This document shows, piece by piece, positions 23,550 through 24,647 of a DNA stretch of 24,647 nt. The notes below the pieces were generated by a model. That model ran no database searches and was not told the origin of the DNA. It saw nothing but the letters and a program-made list of their open reading frames with translations. Position 1 is the stretch's first letter. Every line of letters begins with the position of its first letter. The stretch is from a virus (lineage: Duplodnaviria; Caudoviricetes), in IMG/VR virus record IMGVR_UViG_3300044724_003874, positions 1 through 24,647 of that record; one strand, 5' to 3'. Made by a program: the position numbers and the translations under genes.

Positions 23550-23686
23550 CCCTTTAAAGAACGCAGAACAGTAAACAGGAGTTGAAACACTGAGTTGTCC
23601 TTGAGCTTGCTCATTCCAATCAGCTCACTAGCGGCTGCGACCACAATCCAAAATGCAGGATGCGCTAAGACTTCTTCGATGCCCAT
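23537..23686 (-). CDS. Holin-like 49 aa membrane protein
   Basis: MGIEEVLAHPAFWIVVAAASELIGMSKLKDNSVFQLLFTVLRSLKGKKG: hydrophobic helix, amphipathic helix, basic end; upstream of the endolysin. Confidence 0.65.
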   Translation of the reverse strand: MGIEEVLAHPAFWIVVAAASELIGMSKLKDNSVFQLLFTVLRSLKGKKG

Positions 23687-23703
23687 TTGAATGTCTGTAA
23701 TTC

Positions 23704-23979
23704 TTAGTCAAGTCTAGCCTTAGAACTTTCCAAGACACTTATGCGGTTGCCATGATCGTTTAGGCGTTCGTAGATTTCGCGGCGATCAGCATTGGCCTGA
23801 ACTTTTTCCGCCTTCATGTCCTGATGCAAGTCTTCAAGTTTCGTTGCAATAGACTCGACACCGGCTGTGAGGCGAATAACCGCTTCACGGCTTTCGCTGG
23901 TGCGTCTGGTGAATCCAGAAACGCTCATCCCTGCAATACCAAGAGACGCGCCTAAAATTGCGGCGTAGATTTCAATCAC
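23704..23979 (-). CDS. Membrane protein with coiled coil (lysis-module, holin or hemolysin-like)
   Basis: N-terminal hydrophobic helix then heptad-rich region ending RL..H..RI..LE. Confidence 0.65.
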   Translation of the reverse strand: MIEIYAAILGASLGIAGMSVSGFTRRTSESREAVIRLTAGVESIATKLEDLHQDMKAEKVQANADRREIYERLNDHGNRISVLESSKARLD

Positions 23980-24000
23980 GGCTGACGCGCTCCTTCCCCG

Positions 24001-24129
24001 TCACTTTAGAGGGTCAGGCTTGCCATTCAATATTGTCACAGCTCGTCGATAGAACATGGAGTCAGTTTTCCCAGCACTTTCTAGAGCTTCTTTTACTTTT
24101 CTCCAATTCTCGTAAGTGCGGGAATCCAT
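24001..24129 (-). CDS. 42 aa hypothetical protein MDSRTYENWRKVKEALESAGKTDSMFYRRA...
   Basis: TGATG coupling; motif recalled from cyanophage small proteins. Confidence 0.65.
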   Translation of the reverse strand: MDSRTYENWRKVKEALESAGKTDSMFYRRAVTILNGKPDPLK

Positions 24130-24269
24130 CAGCCCTTGCCTTGACCGCGATACTTCCTCCCATTCTTGCGACCATGGGAAGATTTGCTGTTTAAACCGTT
24201 GCCTTGGCGTGTTTTCTTTGGCTTGCCTTTTACAAAATCAACCGCAAAAGCACCTTTGGGTTTAGCCAT
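24129..24269 (-). CDS. 46 aa basic peptide (KKTRQGNG...KYRGQG type)
   Basis: Manual translation; overlaps the upstream stop and is coupled to the next ATG. Confidence 0.65.
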   Translation of the reverse strand: MAKPKGAFAVDFVKGKPKKTRQGNGLNSKSSHGRKNGRKYRGQGKG

Positions 24270-24450
24270 TGATGCTCATCGTGTTGTAATGCTTCTTCGC
24301 CAACCCTGTGTACAGGCCGTGCATTGGATGATCCTTGTCATCACGACCTTCGTATTTGTAGAGGGCTTCAATCCAGGCGGATCTATTACGCATTGCCTCT
24401 TGGTCTTCCGCTCCAGGCTTGCTGGGCATCATTGGGTCAGGGCGTTTCAT
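24262..24450 (-). CDS. Hypothetical protein
   Basis: 62 aa, LY..EGR....HP.HGLYTGL motif. Confidence 0.65.
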   Translation of the reverse strand: MKRPDPMMPSKPGAEDQEAMRNRSAWIEALYKYEGRDDKDHPMHGLYTGLAKKHYNTMSING

Positions 24451-24504
24451 TAATTAAGCAGACCAGGGAACACCAACGCTTGTAGTTGGAGTGCGCTTTT
24501 GATA

Positions 24505-24645
24505 CTACTGCTCCTCGGGAAACGGGTACTTTGCCTTTACTGCAAGACAGGCAGCCTTGTATTCATCGATTTGGTCTTGATCGTCTTTGGCGGTCCCGTC
24601 TAGAAAATCCTGAATCGGTGGGTATTCCGCTGCTCGTTGCAATCT
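24505..24645 (-). CDS. 3' end of a putative tail-fibre-associated protein (partial)
   Basis: RLQRAAEYPPIQDFLDG......I..Y...CLAVKAKYP motif; open to the window edge. Confidence 0.6.
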   Translation of the reverse strand, partial: RLQRAAEYPPIQDFLDGTAKDDQDQIDEYKAACLAVKAKYPFPEEQ

Positions 24646-24647
24646 GA

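Noticed and set aside
1-24647. tRNA, integrase, att site, intron or intein
   Set aside because: No cloverleaf, recombinase motif or interrupted core gene recognised by eye; tRNAscan-SE and HMM searches would be needed to exclude them

Overview
About 24.6 kb of a tailed dsDNA phage with siphovirus-like (long non-contractile tail) gene order, most likely infecting marine picocyanobacteria. The host is inferred from a cyanobacterial AbrB-like domain and cyanophage-type small genes. Minus strand 1-12749: ParB-methyltransferase, terminase, portal, minor head, scaffold, major capsid, neck and tail-completion genes, tail tube and tail chaperone. Minus strand 12785-17792: small early and regulatory genes and an AAA helicase/replication gene. 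Plus strand 17851-21158: exonuclease, RusA, SSAP and SSB-like genes. Minus strand 21137-24647: DUF3310, dCTP deaminase, modular endolysin and small membrane/lysis genes. No integrase, tRNA or CRISPR array was seen. The best signals are (1) a holin-like gene ending in three nested -1 slippery heptamers that lead into a start-less 75-codon frame, (2) repeated C-UGU-G triloop hairpins at the scaffold and capsid start regions, (3) a TGG-N4-CCA palindrome in three sigma70-like promoters and a fourth putative one, (4) a truncated cyAbrB, (5) iteron-like repeats inside the replication gene and (6) two intergenic structured-RNA candidates. All family names are from recalled motifs, not database searches.
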